Assembly: GCA_017958265.1 (NCBI GenBank)
Contig: JAGDDB010000173.1
Span: 1-33,979, forward strand
Direction: 5' to 3'
Source: Oscillospiraceae bacterium
GTDB lineage: Bacteria; Bacillota; Clostridia; Oscillospirales; Oscillospiraceae
DNA length: 33,979 nt
The translations under genes and the position numbers were made by a program. The notes beneath the pieces are model-generated. The model was given only the letters and a program-made list of their open reading frames with translations, made no database searches and was not told the DNA's origin. Shown one piece after another: positions 32,994 through 33,979 of the stretch; the stretch's first letter is position 1; the number at the start of each line of letters is the position of its first letter.

Positions 32994-33920
32994 ATGGATG
33001 TAAACAGTCTGGATATCGCCTTTAAAATGACGCCGGGACCCGGGGGAGAGCTTGCCGATATGGTGATCGACACCTCTCCGATCCGCCGTAAATGGCAGGA
33101 CGTGCCGTACGCAAATCAGTCAAAGGCGCAAATGCTGGATATTTATCTGCCCGAACAGGGAGATGGTCCGTTCCCCGTGCTTATTTTCGTGCACGGCGGC
33201 GCGTATATATTCGGCAACAAGCGCGATTCGCAGTTTCTTCACGCCATAGGCGGAATAAAGCACGGATATGCCGTGGTCTCCGTGGAATACAGACTTGCAA
33301 CGGAGGCGCAGTTCCCTTATCCGCTTTTCGATGTAAAAGCAGCTATACGTTTTCTGCGGGCACATGCGAAAGAATACATGCTTGATCCCGACAGATTTGC
33401 CCTTTCGGGCGACAGTGCCGGCGGCTTTTATACGGCGCTGGCAGCCGCAACGCAGGATATCCCGGGCTACGAAGACAAGACCCAGGGCAATGCGGAGTAT
33501 TCAAGCAAGGTGCAGTGCGCCGTGACATGGTACGGCTGCTTCGATTTTTTGAAAATGATACCCGAGGGAGAAGAAAAACCCGAGACGCAAGCTGCCGGCC
33601 CTGCATTTCCCGACGTCCGCGCGATGCTTCTCGGCGCGCCGCCCAAGCAGATAAGCGGACTTGTATACTTTACCAATGCGGTGAATTTTATAACCGATAA
33701 ACTGCCCCCAATGCTTATACAGCACGGCGACGGCGATATGATAGTGCCCGTATCCCAGGCGTTTGAGCTCTATGACAAAATAACCGAGGTGTGCGGCCCG
33801 GAGCGCGCCGAGCTGGAAATATTCAAGGGCTGGAATCACGGCGGCGTGTGTTTGGACTGGTACGAGCAGAAAAACCAGACCCATGTATATGAATTTCTCG
33901 ATAAACACCTGAAAAAATGA
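32994..33920 (+). CDS. Alpha/beta-hydrolase, esterase/lipase (Abhydrolase_3-type)
   Basis: Oxyanion motif HGGAY, nucleophile elbow GDSAGG, and distal HGDGDMIVP and WNHG. SD AAAGGAGAG is present. Confidence 0.85.
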   Translation: MDVNSLDIAFKMTPGPGGELADMVIDTSPIRRKWQDVPYANQSKAQMLDIYLPEQGDGPFPVLIFVHGGAYIFGNKRDSQFLHAIGGIKHGYAVVSVEYRLATEAQFPYPLFDVKAAIRFLRAHAKEYMLDPDRFALSGDSAGGFYTALAAATQDIPGYEDKTQGNAEYSSKVQCAVTWYGCFDFLKMIPEGEEKPETQAAGPAFPDVRAMLLGAPPKQISGLVYFTNAVNFITDKLPPMLIQHGDGDMIVPVSQAFELYDKITEVCGPERAELEIFKGWNHGGVCLDWYEQKNQTHVYEFLDKHLKK

Positions 33921-33933
33921 TTATAAAAGAGCC

Positions 33934-33951
33934 GAGAGGGAGATCCCTCTC
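33934..33951 (+). terminator. Short hairpin after the esterase gene
   Basis: GAGAGGGA/TCCCTCTC stem with a very short loop and a weak T-tract. It lies close to the window edge. Confidence 0.35.
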
Positions 33952-33979
33952 AGCTTTCGGTTATTTTGACGTTTTCCTT

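Overview
The window is about 34 kb of mostly core chromosome from an endospore-forming Clostridia-type Firmicute. That placement is inferred from spo0A, yqfC/yqfD, ylbJ and SpoIID-like and SpoIIM-like genes. All family calls come from motifs read in the translations; no database search was run.

Gene order, left to right:
- a structured non-coding region (1-610)
- an OYE/enoate-reductase-type flavoenzyme (+)
- a membrane HD-GYP phosphodiesterase (-)
- two tandem CNNM/DUF21-CBS transporters (-)
- a small Cys protein and ylbJ (-)
- the run yqfC-yqfD-phoH-ybeY-era-recO-mutS2 (+)
- an orphan HPr, then spo0A
- a radical-SAM / DUF4130 'DNA modification/repair' pair (+)
- a small Lys-rich protein and asd (-)
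- a SpoIID-domain protein, queA, tgt, yajC, a YrzE-like membrane protein, a SpoIIM-like protein and xerD (+)
- a 1943-aa secreted multi-repeat surface protein (+)
- an alpha/beta-hydrolase (+)

I saw no tRNA, rRNA, CRISPR array, transposase or phage gene.

Most noteworthy:
1. A near-consensus LexA (Cheo) box lies between the -10 element and the start codon of the uncharacterised radical-SAM/DUF4130 operon.
2. The giant surface protein is built from 3.5 copies of an unrecognised ~230-aa two-part module, three Ig-like units, a duplicated beta-solenoid-like module and ~13.5 aromatic 22-aa wall-binding-type repeats. The last are encoded by near-identical 66-bp DNA repeats.
3. The 5' 600 bp carries two different duplicated sequence blocks, very stable hairpins and an orphan intrinsic terminator.
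4. Spo0A has ADAS in place of the usual ADDN acidic pocket and is not preceded by spoIVB.

The long antisense ORFs in the track are treated as shadow frames.
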